Part shown: in pieces, positions 24,539 to 38,700 of the stretch
Position numbering within the stretch: position 1 is the first letter of the stretch
Layout of the letters: the number at the start of each line of letters is the position of its first letter
Position numbers and translations under genes: made by a program
Assembly: GCA_016748015.1 (NCBI GenBank)
Contig: JAAOMT010000295.1
Span: 1,364,001 to 1,428,000 of the forward strand
Direction of reading: 5' to 3'
Source: Geosiphon pyriformis uo1
Lineage: Eukaryota > Fungi > Glomeromycota
DNA: 64,000 nt
The notes under the pieces: generated by a model
The model's database searches: none
Told to the model about the DNA's origin: nothing
The model's input: only the letters and a program-made list of their open reading frames with translations

Positions 24539-24540
24539 AA

Positions 24541-25407
24541 TATTACAGATAATTATTTGGGTCTCAAATCAAATAACAAATCTGTAACTTGGTGCTTGGT
24601 TGGTATTCTGGTGTTGATATCTGAAGGTTTTATTGTGGAGTTCTTTGTATAATGGACAGAGAGTTAATTGATGGTTTTATCCGTAGCTTCTTAAAACTGC
24701 AGTTTCATCAAATTTCTTTCTTAACATGGTGGTCGGTAATTCTTCTGGTAAGCTATCTTCAAATCTATGAGTGTTCTACCCTTGTTTTATGGGTTTTTTA
24801 CCAGTTACTATGATGTCTGTGTTTCAGTGCTTTAATCCTCAATCAATTAGTATACAACAATAAAATCAAAGAAAAAAAAGAAAATGAAAGAAAAAAAAAT
24901 AAAGAAATAAGTCAAGGCAATGTACAAGTTAGTATTCCGTCAATAGCCATAATCAAGAGCTATTGTTCCAGTGAGGTTAAGTATCAATTACTATCAACAT
25001 AAAGTGTTGATAGTAGAGAGTGGATTGAGATAGTGAATAATTATTTATTAATATTTGTGATGTGAAAGGTTTCTAACTAATGAATTCTGTTTTCTCTACT
25101 TCTAGCACTACTACTATATTCTCTACTTTTAGCACTACTACTATATATACATAATTTGGGTTCTATGAAATTGCTCACATTCTTGAGTGATGTGCTATAA
25201 TTTCTCAAGCAATGTGTCATATTTTCTTGACATCACTCCACATTGCTGAGCAATATACTGTAATTTTTGATATTGCTCCATATTGCTGAGCAATGTGCCA
25301 TAATTCCTGATATTGTTTTACATTGCTAAGCAATATGCTCATGTGCTGATTACTACTCACTTATTGGTCTACTATTTTTCTATATCTGTTTTTTTTTATG
25401 AGTAACA
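24541..25407 (-). repeat. 5' LTR of Gypsy C
   Basis: Direct repeat of 15270-16130, flanked by PBS and TSD. Confidence 0.96.
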
Positions 25408-25489
25408 TTGGTTAAAAAAGTTAGAGAATCCCAGTAAGATTTATTTTGTGTATTAAAAGTTATGTTTATTCAAATTGTGAATTATCTAG

Positions 25490-25875
25490 TTAAACCAAAA
25501 TCTTAAATTCTTCTTTTATTTTTTCTTAATTGTTTTCTGTTGTTAACTGATTGTAAACTTGAAATGTTAATTAAAGATAGGTAAATTGCTTGGACAATTT
25601 TTTTAGTATGCTTAATTTTGAATTGTTTGTTAGTTTTATTTTGTAACAAAATTGTAATGTCTCTAGTATATTTTACATCTATAATTCCTTTTCTAACATT
25701 GATTTTTTTGCTTGCCAATAATGATCAGAAAGTAATTTGAATTATTGCTTCTGGTTAAATTTTGAGAGCAATTTTTAAGTTAATTTTTGTCAAAGATTTT
25801 GGTTGAAGGACTAAAATATCTTTTTCTAAATATTGTATATTATATCTAGCATCTATTTTGTGGGCTTTTTTAGAT
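25490..25875 (-). pseudogene. dut: dUTPase domain of B
   Basis: RAHKIDARYNI, F*SLLASK, KGIIDVKYTRDI, KKIVQAI, RRI*DFGLTR. Confidence 0.85.
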
Positions 25876-25879
25876 CTTA

Positions 25880-28800
25880 TTTCTTGTCTATTGTTGTCAA
25901 AGTATTAGAGTTGTATGGCAGACTGATTTTTGGTAAGATAGATTAAAATTGGTGTAATTTTTTCTTTTGGTTCAGATATTCCAAATTCAATTTCATATTT
26001 ATTATTTTCATTGAACAGGTAAATGCTAATTACATAGTATTTTAGATACCATTGGTCATCACAAAACATGATATATTTTTCACATAAGTAAATATTTATT
26101 TATTTTAATTGTTGAATTTGAGCTTTGTTGGTTAGATAAGCATAACTTGTAATTTGGTAATATGTTTTTACTTCATTTTTATAATTGAATTTAACTAATT
26201 CTATTGTATATTCAATATATTCAACTTTTTTTATCTGGCATATATTTTCTTGGGTTTTTTTATTGATTAAAACCATGGCCAATTTATAAATTATTTTAGT
26301 ATTATAAGAGTAATAGTAAAGTTTATTAAGAGTGCTATTATATACTGTATTAAAAAAAGTTCTTTTTTTTATTTTTTCCACAATTGAAAATACATATTAA
26401 CAGATTTAATTACAGATTTTTTCTCTTATTGCAACATTAATCCAGTTGTATTTTTCTGGTAATATTTCTCTACATATAAAACAAAAAATGTTGTCTTATT
26501 TTCTATTTTATTTGGAATATTTAAATCATTTCCTATAACATGCCTTACAAAAATAATAAGTACATGTTTTATATTCTTTTTTTAGAAATATATATGCTCT
26601 TATTGACAAAAGCTTTTTGTTGTAGTTTTTACATTTAAATAAGATATAAAGTGATTGTTTCTATAATTCTGATATAGAATATTAAACAACATTCTATCTT
26701 TTGGTTTTCTCAAAGATTTTTTGTTCTGTTTTCTCAGTCCAATTGAATATTGATCTAAGAATCATATATGTTTTGGTATTTGGAAATTTTTTTTTCTTTA
26801 AATTCAAACACTAGAGTTTTCTCAGATTGTTTATTAAATATACTACATATAACAGATACTTGGATATATTGTTTTTGGTATAATATCTTTAATTTTGTAT
26901 TTCTTAGTCTAAGTTTATATTGGCTTTAAAAAGCCAGTTGTTTCTGACAAAAGCTTTATATTGGGGTGTATTCATAATAAGAACTTTAATTAAAATGATA
27001 ATTTTATCAATTGTAAAAGGAAAATTGTTAATTTTTTTTATTGGAGTTTTTTTCATATTATTGGCTGTGATAATAACTGTCTGGGCAGGTCTGTTAATAG
27101 TTTGTTGAAGTTGTTGTATTAGTTAATAGGTGATGATATTTTTAGTAAAACTATTATTTAAAATCAATCGAATTAATTTCTTTTCAACTTTAACTTTGAT
27201 ATATATTACTGTAATTATTTTTTGTTCATTAATTTTTACATTATTAAATAGAAATAGTAATTTGTTGGCTTTAAATTCAAATAAAAATATATCTTAAAGG
27301 TTAGTATTTTGGGTGATTTTGGCTAATAGAATTGTATTTCTAAAAAAGTTTTGTTTTAGTGCTGTAGCTTTACTTTCAAAAACTGCAGTTTGTTGAAAAT
27401 CTTAATTTTTTGATATTGTAAGATAATTAGATTGAGTGTGGTAATATATGAATTTTTGCTAAACTGGTTGTTAAAGAACTAATTAGTTGTTAAGATTGAA
27501 TTAATTATTGTTAAAAAACTAATGTTGTGGTGCAAATTGGTTTTTTTGGATCAATTTTTAAGCAGATATTTAATATTGCTAAGCAAATGGTTATTGATAT
27601 TGTTATTGAATAAGTTGTAGAGCAAGTTAATAGTAATTATTCCAGTATTGGAGCCTTAATGAATAATAAATTAATGGTAGAAATTGGTAATAAGATTGTT
27701 GAGATTAAAAATAATATTAATTATTTCTTTGTTGTTGATTTCATTGTATTTTTTGGCAATTTTGTTTTTAGTGTCTGGAAATTTCACAATAGTAACAGCT
27801 TTGAAATTAGTTGTTTAGTAATAGTGTGTAGTTATTTTGATTGTATTATTGGAGTGATTAATATTTTTGTTGTTACTGTTGTTGTTGATTGGTAAAGTAA
27901 TTTTCAACTTTCTTGGTCAATTGATCAATCTTTTTTTCAGCTATTAAGTTGGTTTTTCTAATTGCAAAATTCACAAGTTTGGCATAATTAGCTTTTTTTA
28001 TTGCTATTTTATAGGTTTTTGCATGTTGAATAACAGTGGCTAGATTTTTTAGATCATATAGTCAAACTTTTTTAATGAGTTTGTTTTTTAATCCTGCAAT
28101 AAACTGATTCAAATCTGGGCATTGAAATAGTAGTTATTGGTTTCCAATTGTTAAATTTATTAGAAAAGTTTGTTGAATCTCTCAAAATAATTATGATGAT
28201 TTTTGATGATTTTTGTTTAATATTGCAAAAGTGGTTTCAGTGAGTAATAGAAGTATTGTTGTCAGTAAATTGTTTCAAAAAAACATTTTTGAATACTTGT
28301 TAGTTTTTAAAGAGTTTCATTAAATTTTCAAATTATTTTTCTGCTGTTTCTTAAAGAAAATATGAAATTGCTTTTAATATTCTTACTATATTCTATCTAT
28401 TTATATCTCCTGTTTTCTGGACTTTGTTAAATCATTTTTGTGAATTAGTGTTAGTATCTTTTGCCATAAATTCAGTAATTTTTGTGATGAAAGTAGTTAT
28501 TATGTTTTCTGTATCTTCATTTTCAATAATTTTTTCTCTGTAGATTCAGAAATATTTTTATTGTTATTAAAGTAATTGCTTTAATTTTCCATTAAGAAAT
28601 TGAGAAGATTGATATTAATAAAGATTTGTTCAGACTGTTGTGTTGGGCTTTTTAGTAATATGCATTCTTTTGGTCTTAAAAAATAGTTGAATGGTGAATT
28701 TGGTGTTTGGACTTAAGCAAATAAAACTGAAAAAGATATAATTAAAAGTGGTAATTTAGAACTAGTTCTTTGTTTTGATGTTTGCAGGTGTTAAAAAATT

Positions 28801-29240
28801 GTTTTTGATGTATTGAATGTTGTGTGAATTGGTCATGTATTTTTCTGTTTGTTTTTACTACTTGTTTTAGATTCAGACTCGAATTTAAGAATAAATTGTG
28901 AGTTAACAAAATATTTTTTTTCACAGAACATAATAATATTATAATTAAGTTCTTCAAAATAAATAGCACAACTATTAGCACTAATGTTTTTTGGGTTTCT
29001 ATTTGAATATTAAATAATATTTTTAAGAAAATTTTGCTTAATTTTTGTAATATTGTAATCTCCAAAAAGATATTTATTGATTTGATTTAAATGTATTAAA
29101 AAAGTGTTTTCTTAAAGACTGTAATTCCATCTTGGATTTCAAATTGTTGTTTGCAGTGTGTGTAAATTGACTAATAATACTCTAAATTTGTTATATCTAA
29201 TGCAGTTGCCACTTTGAAATCATTATTGCTGTGCTATTTC
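25880..29240 (-). pseudogene. gag, protease and Cys-rich remnant of B
   Basis: Capsid-like ~28000-28500; protease LILNNS ~27150; Cys pairs CKAC and CFIC ~26470-26640. Confidence 0.75.
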
Positions 29241-29244
29241 TGTG

Positions 29245-29255
29245 AGAGAGTACCA
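29245..29255 (-). promoter_or_regulatory. Short PBS of B (TGGTACTCTCT)
   Basis: 2 nt from the 5' LTR. Matches the first 11 nt of the C/E PBS allowing transitions. Confidence 0.7.
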
Positions 29256-29257
29256 AA

Positions 29258-30233
29258 TGTTGTCAGAGGTTTTTGGTCTCTTTTTTTTAAATATTGTTAA
29301 TGTCTGTTTACTTTGAATTTACATTTCTTGGAAGCTAATGAACCTCTGATAACTAAATATATCTTTAAATTATCTTTTATAATTTGAACTGCTGGACTTA
29401 TAAGTGGAATGACCAATTTTGTGTCTGTTATTTTATATAATTAAATTGTAGTGAATGTCAACTTTTTCTCAGAAATTGCTTATCTAGAAGCTTACTAAAA
29501 ATGTGTAGTTATTTTGTTGTAAAAGTCAATTCTTTTACAGAAATTTTGTTTGTAGACTATTTTAATAATTATAATAAGAAAAATAAAAGAAAATAAAAGA
29601 AATATAAAAGAAATAGAATTTCGTTAAAAAAATCGTTTTCTGGTTCAGACCTGAAGTCACTAACAGATTACTAAAATTGATAGCTAATCAATTTTAAAAT
29701 GTTAATTGAGTTTCGAAAGAATTCTAAGTATAAATAGTTAAGGAATTTGGTTTTCAAGTATTTGATTTTTTTTTTTTTACTTTTTGTAAAGCTAATTAGT
29801 TTCAATTAAGATAATTCTGAATTAGATAAAATAAGATATATTTTTTCGAAAAAAAAAGCTTTTCTTTTATACAATTTGTTATAATACTAGTTTATAAACT
29901 TAAACTTTTCTCGTTGCAATAATTTCAACAAACTAAATGATATATTTTGACAAACTACAAGTTATTTTGATGAACTATTAACTATTTTAGTAAGTTATCT
30001 GTTATTTCTACAAATTTTAGCAAATTTTTGAATATTATATAGTTTAGAGTATTATGTAATTTAATTATCTTAATTTCTATTGTATAAATTGGATTATTAA
30101 TTAAATAATGATATTTGATAATTTGATTAAATAATAAGAGATAATTTAAAATAATATTAATATATGCTAATTAATGATAGAAATTATAAGAGTAATTTTA
30201 TGCTAGTTAATAGCTAAAATTCTATTCATAACA
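29258..30233 (-). repeat. 5' LTR of Gypsy B
   Basis: tgttgtc...cataaca. Direct repeat of 10232-11208. Confidence 0.93.
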
Positions 30234-30620
30234 ACACTAATATAATTTTATACTTTATATTAATACTCTTAAAATTTAATATTAGATATTAATTATATTT
30301 TTTAATAAATATTTATTTATATATTTTATAAAAATTAATAATTATACAAATTAAGAAAAAAATAAAAAAATTGATATTATTATATTAATTTTTGTTTCAA
30401 ATAAATTTGATTTAAATATAAATAATTTTATAGAGCTTTAAAAGATTTTATTTATATATTTTTAAAAAAAATTAATAATCAGATTAGTAATTATATTAAT
30501 AATTTGGTTAATAATTAGATTAATCAACTAAGTTAAAATAGAATAATTAATTAATAATATTAATAACTAATATATATAAATAATTATGACTTAATAAATA
30601 AATAAAACTAAAAAAAAATA
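30234..30620 (-). repeat. Eroded fragment of an E-like LTR
   Basis: Reverse complement resembles the 5' half of the E LTR: 12-bp taattattaa repeats, a tatataaataaatc block and ttttcttaatttgtat. Confidence 0.55.
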
Positions 30621-30639
30621 TAATTATTTTTTTTATTAA

Positions 30640-32910
30640 GATTAATAAACATGGCCCAATTACTATCTAGAAATAAGAAACAAATTAAAAATTCTAAGAC
30701 TAATTTTAATTTATGTATTTTCTATATATAATTAGCTACTTAAGCCAATTCAAACTATGCTATATTAATACAACAACAAAAAACTTATTCAAAGCTGATA
30801 TTTTTTGAACTACATTAAATAATATAATACTATAAAAAATCAATCTAACTAGCTATTTGACTGTCTTTAAAAGATTAGTTTTAATACTATTAAACTTATG
30901 TACTCAAAAAAATATTAAGTTAAAAAATATATTATTATCAATATTAATTAGAAAATCCAAATTACCAAACATGTTAATATTATCTATACAGCACTTTTTT
31001 TTAGCAAAACTATTTTTTTTTTTAACTTACCAACAACTCTGTTAAAAAAAGCTTAAATAAATCATAAATTTATTGATCTTAAGACTAAAAACACTGCTTA
31101 AAACCAAATTATTCTTAATAAATTGTTTAAATACAGCAATTAAAAAGCCAATAGATTTAATAATTGACTCAATCAATACAAAAATTTTGGCTAAATTAGA
31201 TTCCAAAAAAGTCAACCAAGAAGACACCAAAAAATTACTAATAATTAAAGAAAAAAAAACAAAAATTATTAAAAATAAAAACTAAAAAAACTCAAAAAAG
31301 CAAAAGCTTTGACATAAGATTTAGTACTCATAAAATATCATATAAATATCTTAAAAACCTTGAGACTTTTGGAAAAAAAAGGATGAAAACATCTTATAAT
31401 TCACAGTTAAATATTCCACTTTTTAATACTTAAAACAGCACTAACAATTAAGAATTTTCTACCAAATATAGTACTTTCTTAATATACTAGTCTTAATTAC
31501 TATAGTATCTAAATCAATTTAAAATTTAAATATAACCAAAGCAAACTGGAAATAATAACCAGAATTAAAAAAACAAAAAATAAAACAAGTTTAACCACCA
31601 ACTTAAAAAATTATATTACTGATTTCAAAAACAGTACAACCAAAAAAAAGGTTAATCAACTTGGTTTTAAACTTATTATAAGACAAAATAGCCTTATTTT
31701 AATTAACCAAACATTATTTTTGCCCACCAATACTAACCAATAATTCAAAGCAAATACAACAATATTTAACTCTTTAAAATAAACAACAACATATTACTAA
31801 ACATAAACAAATTTTAGCACAACATAAATAACCTTACTAAAAACACCAAATGCTATCTTAATATTAACAGCAGACACATCTAAAAACATATTATGCAAAG
31901 CAACAATAGCAGAAATGAAACCAGACTTAGAAATTACCAAAGATCTAACAATTTTAAAAATAGTCAACCGAATAAAGCTTATAAGTTTGACCAAAAATGC
32001 AGCTTCCAAAAATTTTTAAGAAGCAAATTTTATACAAAAAAGCTTCACATTGTTTTTTAACACTAATTTTATACTTAAAAAACTATGTATAAACTGAAAA
32101 ACAGTTTTAATATAAGTCAATTTGATCTTAAAAATAGCACTAAGAATTAAAATAAAGACTACCTACTTAGCAAATCTTTAATAATTAAAGATAATTTTCC
32201 AAGCACTATGAGTAACAGCACCAAAAACCAGTAGAAAAAATAATTCAGTTTTTATTTAATTAGCCCAATTTTTAAGAACAAGTAATTCAACAAGAGACTA
32301 TTATTTTGCTTTTAAAATTAGCAAAAATTTGCTAAAAAACACTGTATTTGACAATACAGTCAGTAATTAATTTTGGTTTATTTTAGATAATAACTAAATA
32401 ATACAACAGAGATCTTATTTAAGATTTTATTGGAAATCACAAAGAGATTTGGTGTAACAATAGTAGATATAAGTAACTGCTCTTACTTTTTTAAAACTTT
32501 GGTCTTTTTAATCATTATTTTTAAAGATATAGTGCTAAAAACATTAAGTATAAAAACTATAATAAAAAAGACTAATTTATTAACTAATTTGTTATTAAAA
32601 ACTTTTAGATTCTTAAAAAAAGTAGAAACAATACTGATACTAATCTAAATATGTCTTTTTAAAAAAACTTTAACTGGTAAAAAACCAGTTAAAGATAAAA
32701 AAAATGTTTTAGCAGTTATTAAAAACAGCTTTTCACTATTACTAACTAAAAAAAAAACTTCTAAAATGTTCTGTTTAACTATTTTTACAACAGAAAAAAC
32801 TTTTTTGGTTGAAACTTTATAAGATACCAAAAAAAATACTAATTGCAACTTTTTTACTTTTTGTCTTAATTATGATCATAAAATTAAAAAAACAAAGAGT
32901 TTTTTAATAT
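30640..32910 (-). mobile_element. 5' fragment of a second LINE family (ORF1 from ATG 32879 to ~31042, possible APE start ~30780)
   Basis: ORF1-like remnant with RRM-like 'VALHNMFLDVSAVNIKIAFGVF' and the same layout as the other ORF1s. Confidence 0.6.
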
Positions 32911-33149
32911 TTAATTATAATAGTATTAATTATTACAAATTAATAAAATAAAATTTTATATTTAATATTTTTTATTAATATTTTTAATTTAATTAGCTAT
33001 TAATTTTAGTAAATTAAATTGGTTTTTTTTAAGTTTATTAATATATTAATTTAATTTATTATTATTTTTAAAAAAAAGTTTATTGTTAAAAATTTTTAAA
33101 TTTTATTACAAAATAACTATATTAACATAAAACTGGTTATTTTCTTATA

Positions 33150-33996
33150 AGTTCAATATTTTATAAATTTAAAATATAAAAAAATATTTTAAAAATAAAT
33201 ATATTATCAAAATTTAACAATTTTTATTATATAATAAAATAGATATTAACAAATCAAAAAAAAACTACACTAAAATTTTTAATAATAATATTTATTATTT
33301 TAAAACTACACAAATAAAAAAACGGTTTGATAAATATTAAGTTTATTATTTTAATTAAAACTGTTAAAAAAATTTTCTTTAAATTAAATTTTAAATAATT
33401 ATAAAAAATACTTTGAAAAAAACATAAAATATATGTGGTTTTTTAAAATATATATAAAACATATAATTTTGTAAAATAAATTTACTTATATTATAGTTTA
33501 AAAAAATTAAAATGTGTAAAAACTTTATTGAATTTTTAATAGTATTTATATTAATTATAAAAATAAAATAATAATTAATTTTAACTTAACTAATAATTAC
33601 TAAGTTTATAATAGTTTAAATTAAAATGAAGTGTTTTTTTTTATGGCAAATTTTTTATAATCTATTTTTATGTAAAGTAAAAAACAATAAAAAAAATTTG
33701 TGACTATTATATAAATTTTTGTTAAATTATAAATATTAATAAACTTTTTATTTAATATTTAAAGTCTTTATAAATAATATTTTTTGAATTAAAACAGATA
33801 TGTTTTAATATTAAATATTTTAAATATAATTAATAATTTTTTTTTGGTAAATAATATTTTTATTAACAATATTAAAACAGTAATTATTTTAATTAAATAT
33901 AATTCAATATTAATTTAAATATAAAAAATTAATTAATTTTTGTAATTAAAATTAATAAGTTTTATTAATATTTAAATATATTTAAATACAATTAAA
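33150..33996 (+). mobile_element. Oldest LINE (LINE0), RT segment, extremely eroded
   Basis: Remnants of IPKP..NTRPIALIE (~33295-33380), GEVFSPLLWRIFYDPLLCEVK (~33625-33685) and FVDD>LVNN (~33845). Continues at 58175. Confidence 0.65.
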
Positions 33997-34835
33997 CTTC
34001 TTTCTTCCTTATATTCAAAATCTTCTAAAGAGCAGTTTTTTAAAAAAAAAGTTTTTTTATTTTGTTTTTTTTGTATTATCACTTTTAATATTTTTTAAGC
34101 AAATAATCTTTTTATGATAGATCTGATAACTGTTTTCAATAATAATATATCTAAAAAAAAGTGTTTAAAGAAGCTCTTCATGAATCTGTTAAAAGTTTTT
34201 TCTTTCAGAAAAAAAAGGTTTTTGTAGATAATATTAAGCATTCTAATAATAATAATAAAATTATTTTGGTCAAATTTGATTTTAAAAATAGTTTATATTT
34301 GAACATAAATAGTAAATCTAATGATAGTAAAAATAATAATATTTTAATAGGCATTAATAGTAGTTTTTTTTGATTTAACAACAATAATCTTTAAAGCTAG
34401 AAAAGTTAATATTAACTTAGAATATAATTTTTTTATTAGCATAATCGACTTTAACATAAATTAAAATAAAAAATCTCTTTTTTTTTACTTAATATCTTTT
34501 TAAACAAAAAGTGAATTGATTTCAAAATAGTAAAAACTCAAGTAGAAGTAGTTATCAAAAAATTTTTGCTTTAAATATTAATTTATTACAGTTGAAAACA
34601 AAAAAGTAATAACAAAAATACAGATTATTAAGAAAAATTTTTCAAAGATAAATAGTTTTAAAAGAGCCACTACTCTCTCAAAATTTGAAAAGATTATTAA
34701 ATCAACATTTACATTAGAAAAAAACATAAAAAAAGCCATATTATTGGTTAAAAAAAATGATATTGAAATAAATAGTAATTTCAAAAAACAAAAATTTTAT
34801 TCAAATTAAGCTGTAGTTATAAAAAAAATTTCTAT

Positions 34836-35741
34836 TGTTACTCATAAAAATTTAAGAATTTATAATAAATATATAAAGTAGTTAATTAAAGATAAGCATA
34901 ATAAGAAAAAAATTTCAGGATTTCTCTTAAGGAATTGCAGGATTCCAAAAATTTCAGAATTTTTCTCAAGAAATTGTAAAATTCCAGAAATTTCAGGATT
35001 TTTTTTAATTTAGGATTTCTAATTAGAAAAATTAAAGAAATCTGAGAAATCTTGTATAACAATAATTATATATATATAGTGAAAGTGCTAAAAGCAGAAA
35101 AAACAAAGTTCAGTTCAGAATCAATACTCATGACCCATTAGTTTTTCCCTACTTCTTCTTTTAAATGTAGTTTTTATAACTTAAAATGGAATCAAATTAC
35201 ATATCAATAAAATATTACCTATTATTTAAATCTATGTTATTATTATTTGAGTAAAAAAATATTACTTTCATTTTATTAATATTCTATATTAATAGAATCT
35301 AACACTTAATTATACTGGACCAATAGCTTTTAATCAAAACTATTAACAAGATAGTAATTTCTTAATTTTTTTTTAATTTTTTTAATTTTTAATTTTTAAT
35401 TTTTTTCTTTTGTTTTATTGTTTACTAACTGATTAAAGAATTAATGTATGGAGTTATTAACATCAAAAAAGATTGATAAAAGACTTAGAAATAAGGATAG
35501 ACACTTAAAAATTAAGGATAGTTTATCAAAAAAACCAGCCACTATGCTGAAAAAAAAATTCACAGAATAAGCTTTTGAGAAGATACTAAAATAATAATTG
35601 AATCTCTGTTTATTATACAAAAAACTTAACCAAAACCTTCAAATTACCAAAACTTTCAAATATTACTAATATAATTAACTATTAAGCACCAAGTTACAGA
35701 TTTGTTATTTGTACCAACACCTTAAATAATTATTTATAACA
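34836..35741 (+). repeat. 5' LTR of D, with 39-bp U3 tandem array at ~34911-35020
   Basis: tgttact...tataaca. Array units start at 34911, 34950 and 34989. Confidence 0.94.
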
Positions 35742-35764
35742 TTTAATGTTCCATATAAGATATA

Positions 35765-38700
35765 ATTTAGCAGAAAACCAGCATTAACAACAATTATTTA
35801 AAACAGTGGCCAAATCAGAACAAATAAGAACAAACCACTTGGAATTCACAAAAGCTTTATTTCAATATTATTAAATTTATTTAAAATTAACAAATAACCA
35901 TTGGCCAACAGAATCAACTTTCAATTTTTATGTTAATAAAAAGATTAAATTTCACTTGGAAAACCAAAAAAATCCAGAAACAACACTCAACAATTTCTAT
36001 AGTAAATTACTTCAGAGTACTATACTTCTACAAAATTATTTGTTTGTCTCAATAATTACAGAAATCAACAAGGAAATTGAGAAGTACACTAGACAGAAAT
36101 TTTTTATTATCTTTACAGATAATAATAAAAAAAGTTATAAACACTAGCAAAAACACCAAAAAGAATACAACTATCTATATAGAAAAAACCAAAAGTAGTT
36201 TCATTTATTCATTCATTATACTATTATACACAAGAAAGTACCATTTAAATAACATTAACTATAACCATATCAAAAACACTATTATTTAGAATACTGTTTC
36301 AAAACAATAAAAAAAAAGCCAAATTATTAGAAATTTATGGCAATTTCTTTGAAGGATTTAAATCATGACCAATAACTTCATTAGGACTTTAATCATTACC
36401 ATTCCAACCAGATTTTAGAGCTACTAGTTCTTAAAAAAGAATTGACTTAAAAAAAAAGAAAGACAATAATTAAGGAATTTATAATTAAAACCTGATCTTA
36501 GAAACCTAAAAATACAAACTTTGATTGTTTCAACTTAGTAAAACCCAAACAATTCAAACTCTACTCTTATTGTTTTCCAAAACATATCTTTAGTAATTAT
36601 GATTAATTCACTTCTGATTGCACCAATGGCTATGCCACAACAACTGCAACAACAATAGTACTTTATACTAATAATACATATACCAATTACTAAACTTAAG
36701 AAGTTTATTGGTAAAGAAGACAATGCCCAAGTATGGCTTAATAATATGGAAAAAACTATTGCAGTCAACAGATAAAATAATGCCAGAGCATTCCAAGCCA
36801 TCCCATATTTTCTGCAAAATACTGTCAACTCATAATATTAGAATTTCATGAACAAACCACAAGATTTTTTTATATTTAAAACCACAATATTTTAATGACA
36901 ATAATAACATTAACTATCTGTTAACTAGTTTTACTACAATTAAACAAGAAAACACAGAAGTAATTACTACATATTTGGGACAATTCCATCGAAATCTGCA
37001 CCAAATCCAAACAATTAAAGTTGACTACTTTATAACACCACAAATCTTGAATCAATTTATTTGCAGATTATACAGTAGTTTTTTGCAATAAGTACATTCA
37101 ATACACTCAAATACTCTCTAAGATGCAGTTACTTATGCCAAAAATTTTGAATTGGCTAAGCTCAAAGCCAACCATGCTTAAGTCATAAATCTAATAATAA
37201 ATAGATTATTTGAATTGGATACTAAATTAAAACAATTTAGTAATTCAATCAATTAAAAGTTAAAAGAATATTTAGCTAACAATTAGACAATTGATTAATC
37301 TTTACAATATCACAAAAATTCAGAAAATTTTAACTAATTCTAACAACAATTATGTTTATCATTATCATTAAATTAATTATAACAACAGAAAACACATAAT
37401 TGCAATTATTGTAATAAACAAAACTACTTAAAAATAGATTGTTACTTAAAAAAAAATAATCAATGATTGGAAAATCAATATTAAAACTCTAATTGCAGAT
37501 TTCAAATCCCAAATTACATCAACATTTTGTTATTAGAACAATATTTTTTATTTTATACAATCATAATACAACAACTAATATACTTATCTTCAATCTATTA
37601 AACTCTAATATCAGTAATTTATCAAGTCTCATAGCCATAAATAATTAATTAATCCCAACAAATTCTAGCACTACTTCAAAATATAGTACCAACCAAAAAC
37701 CAAAAATTAAAGATTATTTACACTTAACAAAATTGGAGATTGACAATAGTTATATACCAATCAATTTTCAGTTTATCACAACAACTATCAAGATTACATT
37801 CAAGAAATTCGAGAACTGGGTACACCCAAAATCTGAATTTTCAGAACTATTTAAGTTTTCTGGTTATTTCAGAAAATGTCTAATCTAACAAACAAGAAAC
37901 CAATTAAAATCAACTATTTACTAACAATATTTTATCAGCAATTATAATTGAAAACAAATTATTTACTGCAATATTCTCTTTTGAATTTAAAAAACCAAAT
38001 AAAATTTTATTATTCAGTAGAACTGCTTTTAACACCAAACCAATTACCACAATATATACCAATATTAAAGTTGATGGCTACTCTATTAAGCTAATTTTTG
38101 ATAGTGGTTTTAGTAAGCAGCATTATTACACAACAACTCATGGATCAATTAGATTACCAAATTGATTGCACTGCCAATATCAAGATTATTACTACTAATG
38201 GAGCAATGAAAATGCTTATTAATAAAATTGATGACTTTCTGTTTAAAGTCAATAGCATTACAGCACCTATTAAGATTCTTTTAATAGAAATCACACAGTA
38301 TTAAGCTCTCATTGGTAATAATTGGCTGTCTAAAACCAATGTTGTGCTTAACTAAAATACTTAGGAGCTACAGCTTAATCAAGATGATTTGCAAATTTGG
38401 GTACCTGCTACTTGTGATTATTTCAAACCATTCATTATGTATCCACTGATAAAATTTGAGAAAGAAAAAAAAACTTACTTGGAAAACTTATCAAATTTTA
38501 TGGACTGACAAAGACCACAATAAACTACTACTGATTCTAATCTGGAAAGAAAAAAAAGAGAAGAAGAAAGAAGAACAATTCTAAGCTACCACTTCAACAT
38601 ATATTCTATACAAAACCACTTTACTTATTGCCAACCCAAACTAATCTGCATTAATTGTGGCAAGAAATTGTCAACAAAAAGTATATGTTGTGGTAATAAT

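Larger units (their letters stand above)
15270..25407 (-). mobile_element. Full-length Ty3/Gypsy element C (10.1 kb, dUTPase-bearing), nested in B; least mutated element
   Basis: LTRs 15270-16130 and 24541-25407. Perfect 4-bp TSD ttgg (15266-15269 / 25408-25411). PBS, PPT and intact YLDD. Confidence 0.97.
10232..30233 (-). mobile_element. Ty3/Gypsy LTR retrotransposon B (dUTPase-bearing), containing nested element C; no TSD
   Basis: Two ~976-bp LTRs, PBS 29245-29255 and PPT ~11211-11222. Minus-strand order gag, PR, Cys-rich, dUTPase, [C], RT, RH, IN, ORF3. Confidence 0.92.

Noticed and set aside
30228-30240. ttagtgt (10228) / acactaa (30234) as terminal inverted repeats around B
   Set aside because: Only 7 bp in AT-rich DNA and overlapping the LTR end on one side, so probably chance.
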